NCBI RefSeq assembly: GCF_006345805.1
Contig: NC_043001.1
Location: 56,668,001 to 56,732,000, forward strand
DNA from: Octopus sinensis
Taxonomy: Eukaryota
Reading direction: 5' to 3'
Length of the DNA stretch: 64,000 bases
The position numbers and the translations under genes were made by a program. Position 1 is the stretch's first letter. Every line of letters begins with the position of its first letter. Below the pieces are notes generated by a model that saw only the letters and a program-made list of their open reading frames with translations, searched no databases and had not been told where the DNA came from. Below are positions 28,126-42,261 of the stretch, in pieces.

Positions 28126-29950
28126 TGTATGTATGTGTATGTATGTATGTATACACTCATGCGCGCGCGCACACACACACACATATATACATACTTATTT
28201 ATATACATATATGCGCTTCATATGCATGAAGAACAATTTGCTTTGTATTGTTTCATGAAATGCGTTTTAAAATATATTAATACCTCAGTGTATAAATATA
28301 CAAATTCATTTCAGAAACAGTTTTGTTGCGGAAAACAGAAATGAAAAGAGGATAATTTTTTTTTCTTTTTTTAATTTAAGAATGGAGCATCTTCAGAATT
28401 GCTGCTTTTTATCCCTTCATATTCAGTCAAAATATTTCCTATGCTGTTGGTCTAATCACAATAAGGAATTGCTTGAGAAGTAATAACTCAATCCTCATTT
28501 CTCTACTGGATCCCACCAAACCTAGTGAGCTTTTTACACAAGCCCTCGACTTCATAACGGGCTGCTGACTCTCCCTAAACTACATACAGCCTTCTTCTCT
28601 TCGAAATATGAAGGCCATATTCGAAATTCAAGAAGATGAGATGATAATCATCGGAGCATATTCATTCTTGCATATGATCAATTGTAGCCGAAATGGGACT
28701 GGACTATACCAGAGCCTCAATATTGGTAAATATGAATGCTTTTGTTAAATGATTTGTTGACAAATGAGGATTATTTGTTGTTATATAATAATCCTATATC
28801 AGTTCTCATGAAACGAACCTATTGGTAAAACATCTGGTAGTTACTCAGTTCTGCTGTTCCACGTTAGTAGAGGATATCTTATTGTTTTTCCAGCAAGACA
28901 GCAAAATTTAAAACTTTATTAATTGACCCTAAATTTAGATTATAAAATCTGGAAGGAAAAGCAGGTATAGGTCTCATATAGTGAATACTACTGACTTGGC
29001 AAACGTGAAATCAGTCAGCGGTAGTAGTTGTTGCTCTTATACACACATTTTAAAGGAAAAAATTGAAGATTATTCGGCTACTTTTTTTAGCAGATCTAGC
29101 TCCCGCTAAAGGCACTTTTATTGGATGGTTGTGTTTGTTGCTTTTAACACTGGTCGAATAGAATTGTGGTGAGCCGCATTCCAGCCCTAACTATCGGTTT
29201 TTTTTAAGGGATATACGATGTGACTTTCACTTCCCCAGACAGCAGGGTGTAACTTGAGTGAAATTAAGTTGCTATTTCTATCAGGTAACATGACTGTACA
29301 AAAATTCCCTAGTTCGTTTGTACACCTGCAGACTCTGCTTGTGGTCACAACGCTGGAAAGCTTGTTACGGTTACTAATCGTCAGCTTCTGCAATTAAGAA
29401 ACAAATTTAAAGATTTGGCTGCGATTTTTAGCGTAGGACATAGAACCATGTTGAAATTCCTTTGTTGGTTCAAGACATTATTTGTTTATAAATGTGGCAT
29501 GAAAACTGATGAAGGATTCTATAGAATGTGCCGTACTCGAACTGATTACTATATGAGATACGTTCTTAGTTCCGCTTGACGTTTTTAGTGAAATGTTCAT
29601 GTATACGTGATATTTATGTAGTGAATGTGAGTAAAAAGGTTTCTGTCGAAAACATATTTCATTGAAAATATTGCCAAGGATATTGTTAGGATTCTTTTCA
29701 AAAGATTTCCTAAAGGCTGAACTTGGTTGAAAGAAGAGAAAAACATAAAGATATTTGGAAGGAGATGTGTTACTTTATGATTAATAAGAAAGCAGTTGTT
29801 GTTGCTATCACCGTTCCATTATAGCATTCAGGAATTCTGCAAACACACTTAAGCAAAAACAAAATAATACGTACGTACATATACAAAGAAACATACATGC
29901 TAACATATTATGTGCACGACTATGTCTTTCTCTCTCGCTCTCACTGTGTC

Positions 29951-29990
<40 letters not shown>

Positions 29991-29994
29991 TATA

Positions 29995-30088
<94 letters not shown>

Positions 30089-30803
30089 CCCTTTCTACAT
30101 TTACACACACACACACACACATGTATATGCACATAAAAATATATTTGGTTTTATAAAAATAACTCAATACAAAAAGCAGAGTATATCTGATATTTTATTA
30201 GATAAAATTGCTATAGGAGTGACTCACTGGAATAAGGCTTCATGCCAATGTACTTATTGCACAAAAGATAACAGCACATATTTTTTTTTCTCTTAGTAAC
30301 AAAACTATCGGGTGATACGAATTCGACTCTCTCAATATCAATTGACATCAAATTGTGAATAGGACAAAAAGCATCATGTATGATTTACTGCACACAAATA
30401 AACACATATAGGTATATGCCAAAGCATATATACATTGTGTTGGATGGACAGTGAGCATTCTGACTTCTAACCAATCAGATTTTGTGTTTCATTCTGCAGA
30501 TTGTCCAAAAGTCATTGCTTTTCCCAGCAAGTCTTGGTGGTGCTACCAGTTTATTTATTAGCTAACGTCGTGGCCGGTGGCGTGTTGTCAGAGATGTTAG
30601 GCCATCGGCTTGAATGCCTTGGGATATTTGTTCAAGCACTCTACACTTTTTGTTAAAAGGTTGCTAAGGTCAAATTATATCCCAAAGTATCAAAACTGCT
30701 CAATTAGAGTTGAACACACACACACACACACACACACGCATACACACACACGCATACACACACACACAAACAGATACATAAATATATACATATATGTATA
30801 TAT

Positions 30804-31032
30804 CTTTTAATCAATTACTTGTTTCAGTCACTAGACAGCGACTATGCTGGGGCACCGCCTTGAAGAAGTTTAGTCGAATAATCTACTCTAGTACTTATGT
30901 TTTAAGCTTGGTACTTATTCTATCGGTTTTTTTTTCGAACCGCTAAGTTTCGGGGACGTAAACACACTGACATCGGTTGTCAAGCGATGATGTGAGGACA
31001 AATACAGATACACAAATACATGCATACATACA

Positions 31033-31102
<70 letters not shown>

Positions 31103-31259
31103 ACGGGCTTCTTTCAGTTCCTGTCTACCGAGCCCACTAACAATTATCTGGTCGGCCCGAGGCAACAGAAGACACTTACCCAAGTTGCCACGCAGTGGGA
31201 CTGAAACCGGAACCATGACTGGGAAGCGAGCTTCCAACCACACAGCCACTCCTGTGCCC
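30804..31259 (-). mobile_element. SINE family A
   Basis: Full-length reverse-complement match to 12447-12853. Confidence 0.9.
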
Positions 31260-31269
31260 ATCTATCTAT

Positions 31270-31363
<94 letters not shown>

Positions 31364-31364
<1 letters not shown>

Positions 31365-31480
31365 CGTCTAGCTTCTTTCACGTTCCGTCTAATTAATCCA
31401 TTCCCGAGGCTTTGTAGAACTGAACCTGGAACCATGTAGTTGGGAAGCAAACTTCTTTTCACACAGCCACGCATGTGCCT
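31364..31480 (-). mobile_element. SINE family A 5' fragment
   Basis: gaacctggaaccatg...cacacagccacgcatgtgcc. Confidence 0.65.
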
Positions 31481-31549
31481 ACATGCATTCTTACATATAT
31501 GCATGTATGTATGTATGTATGTATGTATGTATGTATGTATGTATGTATG

Positions 31550-31580
<31 letters not shown>

Positions 31581-31889
31581 GTATGTATGTATTAGGTAGG
31601 TAGGTAGGTATGTAGGTAGGTAGAAAGACAGGTAAGTAAGTAGGTAGGTAGGTAGAAAGGCAGGTAAGTAAGTAGGTAGGAGGTCGAAATATTTTTATGC
31701 AAATATGTATATTGCAGGTATGAGTGTAGTACATTTAACCAGTATTTAGGACTTTACTGTATTTCTGTTCTGAAAGAGAAAGCTGTTTAGAGTTATTTAG
31801 TCGAACTCCCTTGCTACCGGTGGCCATAATTATAGGGATCAGAAACTAGACATAAATATATACAAGAACATATACATATGTTTGTGCAT

Positions 31890-32010
31890 GCGGGAAGTTC
31901 TTGTGGTTAGGATGTTGGGCTCAGGACTATAGTGATGTGGGTTCGATTCCGGGAATGAGCGACGCGTAGTGTCCTTGAGCAAGTACATCTTTTCTCGTTT
32001 CCAGCTCGAC
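31890..32010 (+). mobile_element. SINE family C tRNA-like head
   Basis: A-box gtggttagga and B-box ggttcgattcc, followed by gtgtccttgagcaag. Related minus copies at 49975-50060 and 54693-54788. Confidence 0.65.
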
Positions 32011-32394
32011 TAATTTGAAAATGAGTATCAACCAACTGTTGATGCGCCTCTCTCTCTCTCTCTTCCTCCCTTTCTCTCCATTCCCTCTCCCCCCTCTTCT
32101 CTCCGCTTCTCCCTCCCCTACTCCCCTACTCCTCTTCCTGTCCCTCTTGTCACAGTTTGTAAAAACCTCTGAGTATATCGGTGGAAGAGTCAAATGGATG
32201 TCTCTGTCTACGCTCGTGTAACTACATATGCACCTATAACACGTAACGAAAGCATGTTATATATTATCAAACCAATCTACTTCGCAGGTGACGACTGGTT
32301 CATTAGATGTCGTACAGTTTTTCCACCATTATTTTGAAGTTTCACTTCCAGCGTATTCATATTTTTCCTTGTAACCAATTTATTTTCTCTCGCT

Positions 32395-32930
32395 GTGACT
32401 CACGTTAGCTCTTTCATGGTCTACTTTACTCTCCACTCCCACTGTAGTTTTTTCCTTCTGTCACTCCTTCGCTCTATCTCGCCACACTCTCTCTCTCTCT
32501 CTCACTCACTTCCTTTTCTAGCTATATATTTCCCCCTTTCACTATGTTCCTCTCGCAATATCTTATCCTTCCTCTTTCACTATCTGAATTTCGTTCACTT
32601 AATCATGCCCCTCCCCCTGTCTCATTATCTTTCTTTCGCTCAATATAGTCCCCTCTCTCACTGTCTTAATCGCATTCTGTTTTGTACTTTTGCTTTCACT
32701 GATTTATTCTTTGGTCTATTTTAATTACCTTTTCCCCGTCACTGTCTTTCTCCCACTCTACCATATCTTTTCTCTTAGTATTTTTCTCTCCCTCCATTTT
32801 GCTCTTCTCTCTCACTGTACTTCTCTCGCTCTATTGCGTCCCTCTTTCTCTCTATTATTCTATTTTTTATTTTGCTCGTCCCTCTCTGCCTGTCCTCACT
32901 TTCCTTTTCATGTTACCTGCTGCTATAAAT
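32395..32930. repeat. Degenerate polypyrimidine (CT-rich) tract
   Basis: Strong C/T bias on the + strand. A similar tract lies at 55380-55930. Confidence 0.85.
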
Positions 32931-33140
32931 ATCCAACACGAGGAATAGTATATTTTTCTATTTTCTAACCATTCTATTTATCTATGTTTGTCACCGCCTT
33001 AAGACAACACGCTTGCTTATAAACCGTATTTGTTTGTTCCTGGTTCCTGTATCAGTCTTTCGTTTTCGTTTTTTTTTTTTTCATTTCTAATGTACAATCA
33101 TATTTTCCTTACATACATACATACATACATACATGCATAC

Positions 33141-33187
<47 letters not shown>

Positions 33188-33209
33188 TGTATGTATGTAT
33201 GTATGTATA

Positions 33210-34395
33210 CATTTGGGGTCATTGCTGCATGTTTTGCTAAATCAAAATAAAATATTTTTTTCAGAAAATAATTATGGAAGACCATCAGCTTACTCAAGAA
33301 ATGAAAAGACATGCTGCTATTGTAGTTATAAAGGCTGAACAGAGCGAATTAGAAATATTTCGATTTTTAAAAGTAGCCAAATCTACAAAGTTTGTAAGGA
33401 GCTAGAGACTGAAGATGGAAACGTATCAACAGTATCAAAACATAAAAAAGCATTCTAGACGCACTGAAATCATCAGGACACCTGGATTTATCCAGCAAGT
33501 TCAACAGGTCATTGATTACAATCCCAGGAAGTCCATGAAGTCAATTGCAAAAGATCTCTAGATATCAGAAAGAACAATCAGAAATGTTGTCCACGAGGAC
33601 ATCAGATATAAGTCTTATATGATGAGGAAAGCTCAGTTTGTCAGAAAAAGCAAAAGAAAATCACTACATGAAATCTAAAACAAACTGAAAAATCCAGCAG
33701 AAGAAGATTTGATTTGATTTTTCTCAAACGAAAAATACTTTGACCAAGATTAAAAAGTTAACAAGAAAAATGACAGATGGTTATGTGCAGACCCTTCTGA
33801 AGTTTCAAGTGTTATGCATACAAAATTTTCTGCAACTGTCATGCTTTTAGGGGTTGTCAGCAATGTGATGCCTCCTTACTTCTTTCCACAAGGCCTTAGA
33901 ATTAACTCTGCCGCCTACATTGAAGTCCTGGAAATAATTGTTAAGCCTTGGATAGGGTTTGCAATGGAAGGCCATATGTGTTATCACACATGGCTCTCGT
34001 AACACAGGAATGGATGACTGAAAATTTTCATGATCACGTAACGCCTAACATTTGGCCTCCTAATTCCCCAGATCTCAATCCATTGGACTATTTCAAGTGG
34101 AGTATTGTTGATAGAGAGGTCAATGAATACGCCCATAACACCAAAGATTCTTTGAAAGCTGCCATAGTCAGAATAATGTCTAAAATGAACCAGGATCACT
34201 TGATTCGAGCATGTAGATGATTTAGATCTCATATAGAACCAGTTGTTGAAGCTGAAGGTGGTTTTATTGAATAACATAGAAAAGAGGGCTTATTTTTATC
34301 ATCATCGCTTTTTTTGATAAATTAAGTTATCTGTTATTATATATCTATTTTTTAATAAACATAAATATGTCCTCAAATATTTTACGCACCCTGTA
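33210..34395 (+). mobile_element. Tc1/mariner superfamily (maT/DD37D-like) transposon, decayed transposase 33274-34274
   Basis: Motifs FFSNEKYFDQD, VMPPYFFPQGLRIN, WPPNSPDLNPLDY and C-terminal EAEGGFIE*. Right TIR ends caccctg+TA at 34393-34395. Contains stops and frameshifts. Confidence 0.88.
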
Positions 34396-34660
34396 TATAT
34401 ATTTACATACATACATACATATATACATATATCTAAATTCGATTCACAAGGCTTTGATCGTCTCAAGATATTGTAAGAAGACAAAGGCCACTGAGTTGGG
34501 AACTTGGTAGCCAAGAATCATGTTGTTATAAATCCAGGCTTTTTGATGCCCAATTTTCGATTATACCCAACGACAACAAACACAATCACAGCAACGGAAA
34601 CTCTTGACCTAACAGCAAAGACAATCTCAAAAATCCACCAGATGATCAGAGCTTATTATT

Positions 34661-34872
34661 GGTGAGTTGGCAGAATCGTTAGCACGCGGACAAAAATGCT
34701 CAACGGCATTTGCTCTGTCTTTACGATATGAACCAATATTCTACTGAAGTAGACTTTGCCTTTCCTCTTTTCAGGGTCGATGAAATAAGTAACAGTCGAA
34801 TACTGATTTCGACGTAATCGGCTAACACCTCTTCTCCTCCTAAATTCTCAGGCTTTGTGCCTGTAGTAGAAT
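34661..34872 (+). mobile_element. SINE family B
   Basis: Full-length, with an (ATT)n tail. Confidence 0.8.
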
Positions 34873-35529
34873 GGATGATTATTATTATTAATAATAGTAA
34901 TCGAGTTTGGCACTTGTCGCTTTCCAAATGGTAACATTTTAAATTTATATTGCTTATCCATTGAAATCCTACCTTTCACCTAAACTATCTTCAGCTTAAG
35001 TGCCTAGAGCGTTTGAAAGAATTAGGAAGTCATTAAACTTTATGTCTATTTTCAGAAAAGCAGATATTATATTAGGAACTTTTAATTGATAAATTATTGA
35101 AATTTAAGTTGTCGTTCTCGTTCAATAATCTAAAATTGCTTCTTTAAAAAATATTTATTTCACATTCAGCAAACTCAGTAAATGTACTTTGATGATTAAT
35201 CCATAAACAATGTCTCTTGTTGAGATTCTATTTTTCAACATTATGATGCTTTTCTTGTTTTGAAGGAGACTTTGCTGTTAATTCTACCAGGGTGCGTATG
35301 TCTCGTTATATATTAGGTATATATGCATTTATTAGGATATATGTATAACACCATAGTACAATGTATATCGAAGTGACTATGTTTGTAAATTCGCAATTTA
35401 CATTCTTGAAATTGAAAGTAAATAAAGAATTACATAGTCTTGGAAGGGAAACCTGTATGAATAATAGGGTTGCCACAGTGACAGAATGGGATGGGAGGTA
35501 AAAATGGAGAGCGAGAGAGAGAGAAAGAG

Positions 35530-35594
<65 letters not shown>

Positions 35595-36120
35595 ATATTG
35601 GGATTAACGATTCTACATGTTCAAAAAAAAAAGATAATTAAATATAAAGCGTATTTGAAAAAATTCAAATTATGACTAATTCGTTCGTAATTTTCCTGTA
35701 ACCTGACAACAACAACGACGACAACAACGACAACAACAATAATTTGCAACACAACGAAGGGACGTTTACATAGCCGGACGACATGCCGCAAATAATAGCT
35801 AAATTCTTACACATATGAAACCCAAGCTTAAAATGGAAGTGCACTTTGGATAATGCAGTCCTTGGTACACACAAAAGAGATGTAGCAGATATGGCTGGAA
35901 TGTCTTCGGTTACTGATTTGCACGGTCAGATATGACTTGGGGCGAAACAGTAACCTGGCATCAATACTGCGATTTCGTTTTGATTATACGGAGTTACGTT
36001 TGAGGAGTATTTCCTTGTTGCAGTTTTTAACAACTATTGTAATCGCCACTGTAATAATCCTTTCTGCTATCGGCATAATGCCAGAACTGTCACTGTAATA
36101 ACATTTAAATTTTGAATGAC

Positions 36121-36785
36121 GGCCAGTAACTTCGAGGGAGTAAGTCGATTTAATCGACCCCAGTGCTCAACTAGTTCTTATTTTATCGACTTCAAAAAGA
36201 TGAAAGGCAAAACCGACCGCGGCAGAATGTGAACTCAGAACGTAAAGACATAGGCACAGGAGTGGCTGTGTGATATGTAGCTTGCTTACCAACCACATGG
36301 TTCCGGGTTCAGTCCCACTGCGTGGCACCTTGGGGCAAGTGTCTTCTACTATAGCTTCGGGCTAACCAAAGCCTTGTGAGTGGATTTGGTAGACGGAAAC
36401 TGAAAGAAGCCTGTCGTATATATGTATATATATATATATGTGTGTGTGCGTGTGTGTGCGTGTGCGTATGTGTGTGTGTGTGTCTGTGTGTGTGTGTGTG
36501 TCTGTGTCTGTGTGTGTCTGTGTTTGTCCCCCCCATCATCACTTGACAACCGATGCTGGTGTGTTTACGTCCCCGTAACTTAGCGGTTCGGCAAAAGTGA
36601 CCGATAGAATAAGTACTAGGCTTACAAAGAATAAGTCCTGGGGTCGATTTGCTCGACTAAAGGCGGTGCTGCAGCACGGCCGTAGTTAAATGACTGAAGC
36701 AAATAAAAGAGTAAACGAGTAAACAGACGAAGTGTCGCCACCCATTTTACCGGGCGTGCTAAATATTTTGTCAGCTGGTGCCTTG
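36121..36785 (-). mobile_element. SINE family B split by a family A insertion
   Basis: 36121-36250 and 36727-36785 join into one B consensus (gaacgtaaagaca|gacgaa...). Confidence 0.7.
36253..36726 (+). mobile_element. SINE family A, nested in a family B copy
   Basis: Full-length copy interrupting a family B element. Confidence 0.9.
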
Positions 36786-37075
36786 AACAGTCATTGTAAT
36801 AATTCATTCACTTGCAACTGGCTCGCTGTTACATACTCAGCAGAATGCATTCGTTTTGGTTTTGTGATGCCAGAAGCACATCAGTATACAGCAAATATTC
36901 TCAAGAGATGATACACAACAAATATGGACACTCACTTATCTGCGCTGTTAGGAACTGCGTTTTGCAACTATGAAATTTTGCCTCACTCTGTATTATGCTG
37001 AGTAAAAGTTTGCCATCATTGCTTCCAATACCTTGAAAGGGAAATTCGACATAAATTATGTGGAAGCTGGAAGTG

Positions 37076-37126
<51 letters not shown>

Positions 37127-37189
37127 TGTGTGTCTGTGTCTGTGTATGGATGCGACACCGAGTGAGAGCTTTGAATGAATGAATGCGTG

Positions 37190-38433
37190 GATGCTACTTA
37201 CAGTATGATATCTACCTTGCTATTTGCGACCTACCGTAGATGACAATGCACTCTACCAAACAATCATTTTACGGCTTTCAGTAATTAATTCTAGTTCATT
37301 TAGTTGCTCACACTAGCACCATACTGGCCAGAGATTTTTACAAAATAATCTTAAAGTGAAGATGAAACGGTGTCCTCTTTGAGTGAGCACAATCTTATTG
37401 AACAGATAGGAAATATACCTCCTTGTCATAAATGTAGAACACAAATGCAAGAAAAAAGAAAGAGGAATAGAACAGGAGATTTCCGGTCAATATTGAGATG
37501 TCCGAAAAAAGGGTGCCAAGCATATCGCTCAGTTCGGGAAGGAAATCAGTTTTTCCACTATACCGATATAAATGGGATGATCAATAGCAGATTGTGTGTG
37601 TGTGAAATTTTAGAATTAGCGCACTATTTTATTCACGAAATTCCGATAAGTACTACAGTAACCTTTACTGGAAAGTCGCCTAATACTGTTACAGACTGGT
37701 TTACTATGTGTTGTGAAGTTTGTAGCGTGATAATATCACACCAAACGCGGGGTCAAACGATTGACACAGGAAAATCTCAGAGAATTCTGATGCAGAACTT
37801 ACAAATAAGAAGAACCATGGGGCACGCATAGATGGACACTGGGGTTTTTGTCTGAAAATTGGCTTGATTGTCAGTACTTTTATGTTCAACGAAGAGATAG
37901 GGACACTTTGATTCCTATCATAGAACGTGAATGTAAGCTTGGCTCTGTGATCCGGTCTACCGTTGCTTAAGGAATATCGGTCATCAGCACAAAACCGTCA
38001 AGTGAATTATGTGGACCCGACATTAGAAATTATATACAAGTTAGTGAGCGATTGTGACTTGATGTCAAGATTGAAATACTCAAAAAAAAAAAAAAAAGGC
38101 GTGCCTACTCAACATTTTCTATCACATTTGGATCATTATTGTTGGAAAAGGCTCAGGAAAAACGATGGCATGTTCATTGCTTTTTTAAATATCAGATCAG
38201 TTTACAAACATTAAAATCAATATTTGATGAATTTTATTTTGTATAATACGGTGTTAATGATTTAAGGAGTTAATGATTTTAAATAAATTTTACACTACAA
38301 ACTGTTTATTATGCTCCTTTGCTTCTGTAGAATAAATGTTTAATGAATTTTAACGCATTTCATACAACCAATGATTAGCAGATATCATACTGTAGTAGAA
38401 AATGGATGGTAGATGTCATACTACAGTAGCACC
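37190..38433 (+). mobile_element. Merlin (IS1016/IS1595-like) DNA transposon, decayed, with TIRs and TSD
   Basis: 8-bp TSD aatgcgtg at 37182-37189 and 38434-38441. ~26-bp TIRs gatgctacttacagtatgatatctacc / ggtgctactgtagtatgacatctacc. Broken ORF with CxxC...RCxxxxC, TDWFxMCxEVC, RDRDTLIPII and HLDHYCWKR motifs. Confidence 0.85.
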
Positions 38434-38580
38434 AATGCGTGTTTATAAACACACACACACACAGAGTCTGTGTGCACACAACACAACATGAAACAAAATA
38501 CGTTCCTAACACTCCGACGTGAATCGTATTCACTGCAAGTTTTTATTTTTGAGAACTAATTTCCCCTATAGACAAATATT

Positions 38581-38788
38581 CGTTTCAAATTTTGGCACCA
38601 GGTCAGCAATTTCGAGGAAGAGTGCAAGTCGATTAGATCGACCCCAGTTTTTCAACTCGAACTTACATTATCGACTCCGAGAGGTATGAAAGGCAAAGTC
38701 GGCCTCGGCGGAATTTGAACCCAGAACTTAAAGATGGACGAAATGCCGCTAAGCATTTTGTCAGACATACTAACAATACAGTTAGCTC
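38581..38788 (-). mobile_element. SINE family B
   Basis: Full-length reverse-complement match. Confidence 0.85.
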
Positions 38789-38840
38789 CCTGACATTTCC
38801 CTTAGAGATACTGTGTGTAATACACCAAGTTACAACTTAC

Positions 38841-38887
38841 ATAAACGGACTACCAGACCAATAACCAACAATGGTATTGTTCTCCAG
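38841..38887 (-). CDS. Candidate 47-nt coding exon (LENNTIVGYWSGSPF), product unknown
   Basis: Acceptor tttatttatcttctatcgcag, donor TAT|gtaagt, phase-compatible with the 43071-43123 candidate. Confidence 0.22.
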
Positions 38888-39379
38888 CTGCGATAGAAGA
38901 TAAATAAAGGTATAATACATATAATTAGAAGGCTTCCATTTCTGCAGCCTATCTACAAAATAGGAGTAGTGTAAACTAGCTTTATAGCCCATAGGAGATG
39001 ACTTAAAAGTCTCACTGTAATTTTAATTGCATTTGCTGTAACCAACACTGAACCCACTCTGTACTGCATTCTATTGTTAATAGTAACACTATTCCTCAAT
39101 AGGCACACATTGTAATATACGTTTCAAGCTATTTAAAACATATTCAGCATCAAGGGTTCACTTAAGCTAGCCTTTGAGACATTCGAAAGATAGGTTATTC
39201 GACAATATCTCTTCTTGGCAGAATTTTGTGCATTTACTGAAACTCATTGTCATTGATATTCAAGAGTGATTCCCTGAGAACGTTAATCGCTATCATATGC
39301 ATGAATACCTGCAGATGTAGCCTGCTCCCTTCTTTATAGTTTTCTGCTCTTTAACTATAATTGCGGACAATATGTTGGT

Positions 39380-39387
39380 GTGTAGCT

Positions 39388-39418
<31 letters not shown>

Positions 39419-40440
39419 TTGTAGAACAGTATGAAACAAAACAAAACACGCAAGTTCAAAAAATGTATATAATAAAGATATATATATGTGTGTGTGTGTG
39501 TGGTGTGTGTGTGTGTGTGTAAGTATATGCATGTTTGTGTTATATGTGCGTGTATGCATGTTTTACGCTTGAATTTCCAGAGGCAATGTCCTCTATAAGA
39601 GGAAAATCTATATTTATCGCAGTACAGCGTTGACCACCAAATATACTAGGCACACACAAACACACACGCACTTACACATTTATACACGCACATGCGCACA
39701 AATAACCGCACACACACAAGCGCATGCACATTGCTCCATTTTAGCTTTATGTATGTGTGTGAGTGCGCGCGCGTACGTGTGTGCGAGTGCGTGCATATGT
39801 GTGTCTGTAAGCCTATGTGTGTGTATAATCACCTACTATTTCCTAATTCATTTCAGTTGACATTCTCCTTCCAATGAATGACCAATCAAGATTGTTTAAC
39901 ATTATAAATACAACGTATAATGTATCATATATCAGTTACACAATCATCAATATACGTGAAACTCTTTGAAGTAACAACACTATACCTACACCCAAAGATA
40001 AACTTACACTCACACACACATCCGCACACACATATACAGATATCTTTATAGTTATCTCTCACCCACTCAGTCCAAGTATACTAATACATACATACATATA
40101 TACATACATACATACATACATGTGTGTGTTTAGGCGTATATGTGTGTTTAGGAGTATATACATCGATGTATGCATATGCATATATATATGTATACACACA
40201 CACACACGTACACACACACACACGTGCACACAAACACATATACCTAGAACTATACACACACATACACAAATATATTTATATATGTGCGTATGTACGTGTA
40301 TGCATGTTTGTGTGTATGTGTGCGTGATGGTGTATGAATCTATAGATTACAATATACCTGTACATACAATACATACATACATGCATACATACAAACATAT
40401 ATATATACATGCATGTTGAATGCACGTACATATACATATA

Positions 40441-40492
<52 letters not shown>

Positions 40493-41484
40493 TCATATAC
40501 ATATATGTGTGTGTGTATAAATATATATATTCATGCATATATTTAATATATATATATATATATCATGTATGCATTTTAAGTGTATGTGTACGTGTGTGCA
40601 TGTGCGTATGTATGTTTGTGTGCATATGTTATGTGTGTATGCATTTGTGTGTGTGTTTGCGTGCGGGCGCATGTATGTGTTTTTAAGATAGACACTGTCA
40701 TTCATTCACGCGCACACATGATCATTAATCATCAATTTTATTCTCTGTGAATGAAATTCTTGCTAATAACTTTTCTTCCCACATGTTAGGAAAAAATTAA
40801 CATGAACTATTTTCTTTAATCAATATTTTCCACACATCAAGTAATTTTCAAAACATATTACTTTCATTTTGTTTATATTTACGTGATATTTCAAATTATG
40901 TCTGTTTCGTATTTTTACATTTTCTTAAATTTTTTAAGTTTCTTTTTTTTCTTTTTTTTTTATCAAATATGATATATTCCTTTACTTAAAATGTAACAGT
41001 AAGAAAATTAATTAAAATACGGAAAGAAATATAACATTTCTTGAGTATTACTACACAGTATATCTTATAAGAAAATAACAAACGGCATTGTAGGTTTACT
41101 TGATAAATGGTAAATGTCATATATATATATTGGTTTCCTTTCGGTCGATATAATATAAAATTTTTTTATCTCGTTTTCTTTACACATGTGACACAATAGC
41201 TCAGTTGAAACAGCATTCGATTCTCGGATCACGGATTATTACAGGTATCTTTTCTTGAGCTTCTGCTTTAAGTACGGACACATGTGAAGTGACTTTACAT
41301 ACGCATGTTCTTGCATGCTTTCTATACATACATACACAGACGGATACAGACGTACATACATACATACATACATACATACATACATACATACATACATACA
41401 TGGATGCATACATACATAGATACACAGATACGCACACACACGCACACATATATACATATATATATACGTGTATATATATATATA

Positions 41485-41517
<33 letters not shown>

Positions 41518-41634
41518 GTATATATATATATGTATATATATATATATGTACGTATGTATATATATATATATACCTATATACATATATACATATATACATA
41601 TATACATATATACATATATATATATTCATATATA

Positions 41635-41681
<47 letters not shown>

Positions 41682-42006
41682 TTACCGATATATACATACA
41701 TATATATATATATGTATGTATATATGTGTGCATGTATATATATGCGAGTGTGTGTAAATGTATTATAAATATATGTGTACAAATATATACATGCATACAA
41801 ACACTCAAATACACACATGCATGTAAAATATTTGTGGAATTTCCTAACACAATTGCAAATTATCACATTTACACATTTTCCTTGAAATGGAACTTTCCTT
41901 TTTTCTCTATACTTTAAAAACAAATTTATCACAACTGGTTGAATAGGGTCTCAAAATGTATTTTGTAATACATACATATACATATAAGCACATACACATG
42001 CACGCG

Positions 42007-42045
<39 letters not shown>

Positions 42046-42070
42046 GCGCGCACGCACGCACATTCGTATA
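39380..42070. repeat. Extended compound (TA)/(CA)/(TG)/(TACA) microsatellite field
   Basis: Directly visible, with a unique AT-rich gap at about 40700-41290. Similar fields lie at 8085-8350, 11050-11300, 12260-12446, 29950-30125, 31500-31680, 43395-43730, 47900-48450, 50290-50630 and 53300-53510. Confidence 0.9.
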
Positions 42071-42090
42071 TATTTATGCATCTATTCATA

Positions 42091-42261
42091 TTAGTCGAGT
42101 AGATCAACCCCAGTGCTCAGCTGGTTCTTATTTTACCGACTCCGAAAGGATGAAAGGCAAAGTCGATCTCGCCGGAGTTTGAACCCAGAATGTACAAACA
42201 GACGAAAAGCCGCTAAGCATTTTGCCCGGCGTGCTTCACCATTCTGCCAGCTCGCTGCCCT
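42091..42261 (-). mobile_element. SINE family B
   Basis: Reverse-complement match. Confidence 0.85.

Noticed and set aside
31890-31965. tRNA gene
   Set aside because: A and B boxes are present but no cloverleaf forms, and it continues into SINE body sequence.
36936-37033. Minus-strand exon candidate continuing the 43123/38887 pair (also about 35810-35865)
   Set aside because: This candidate has a stop in the required phase. The second has a weak acceptor and an unrecognisable peptide.
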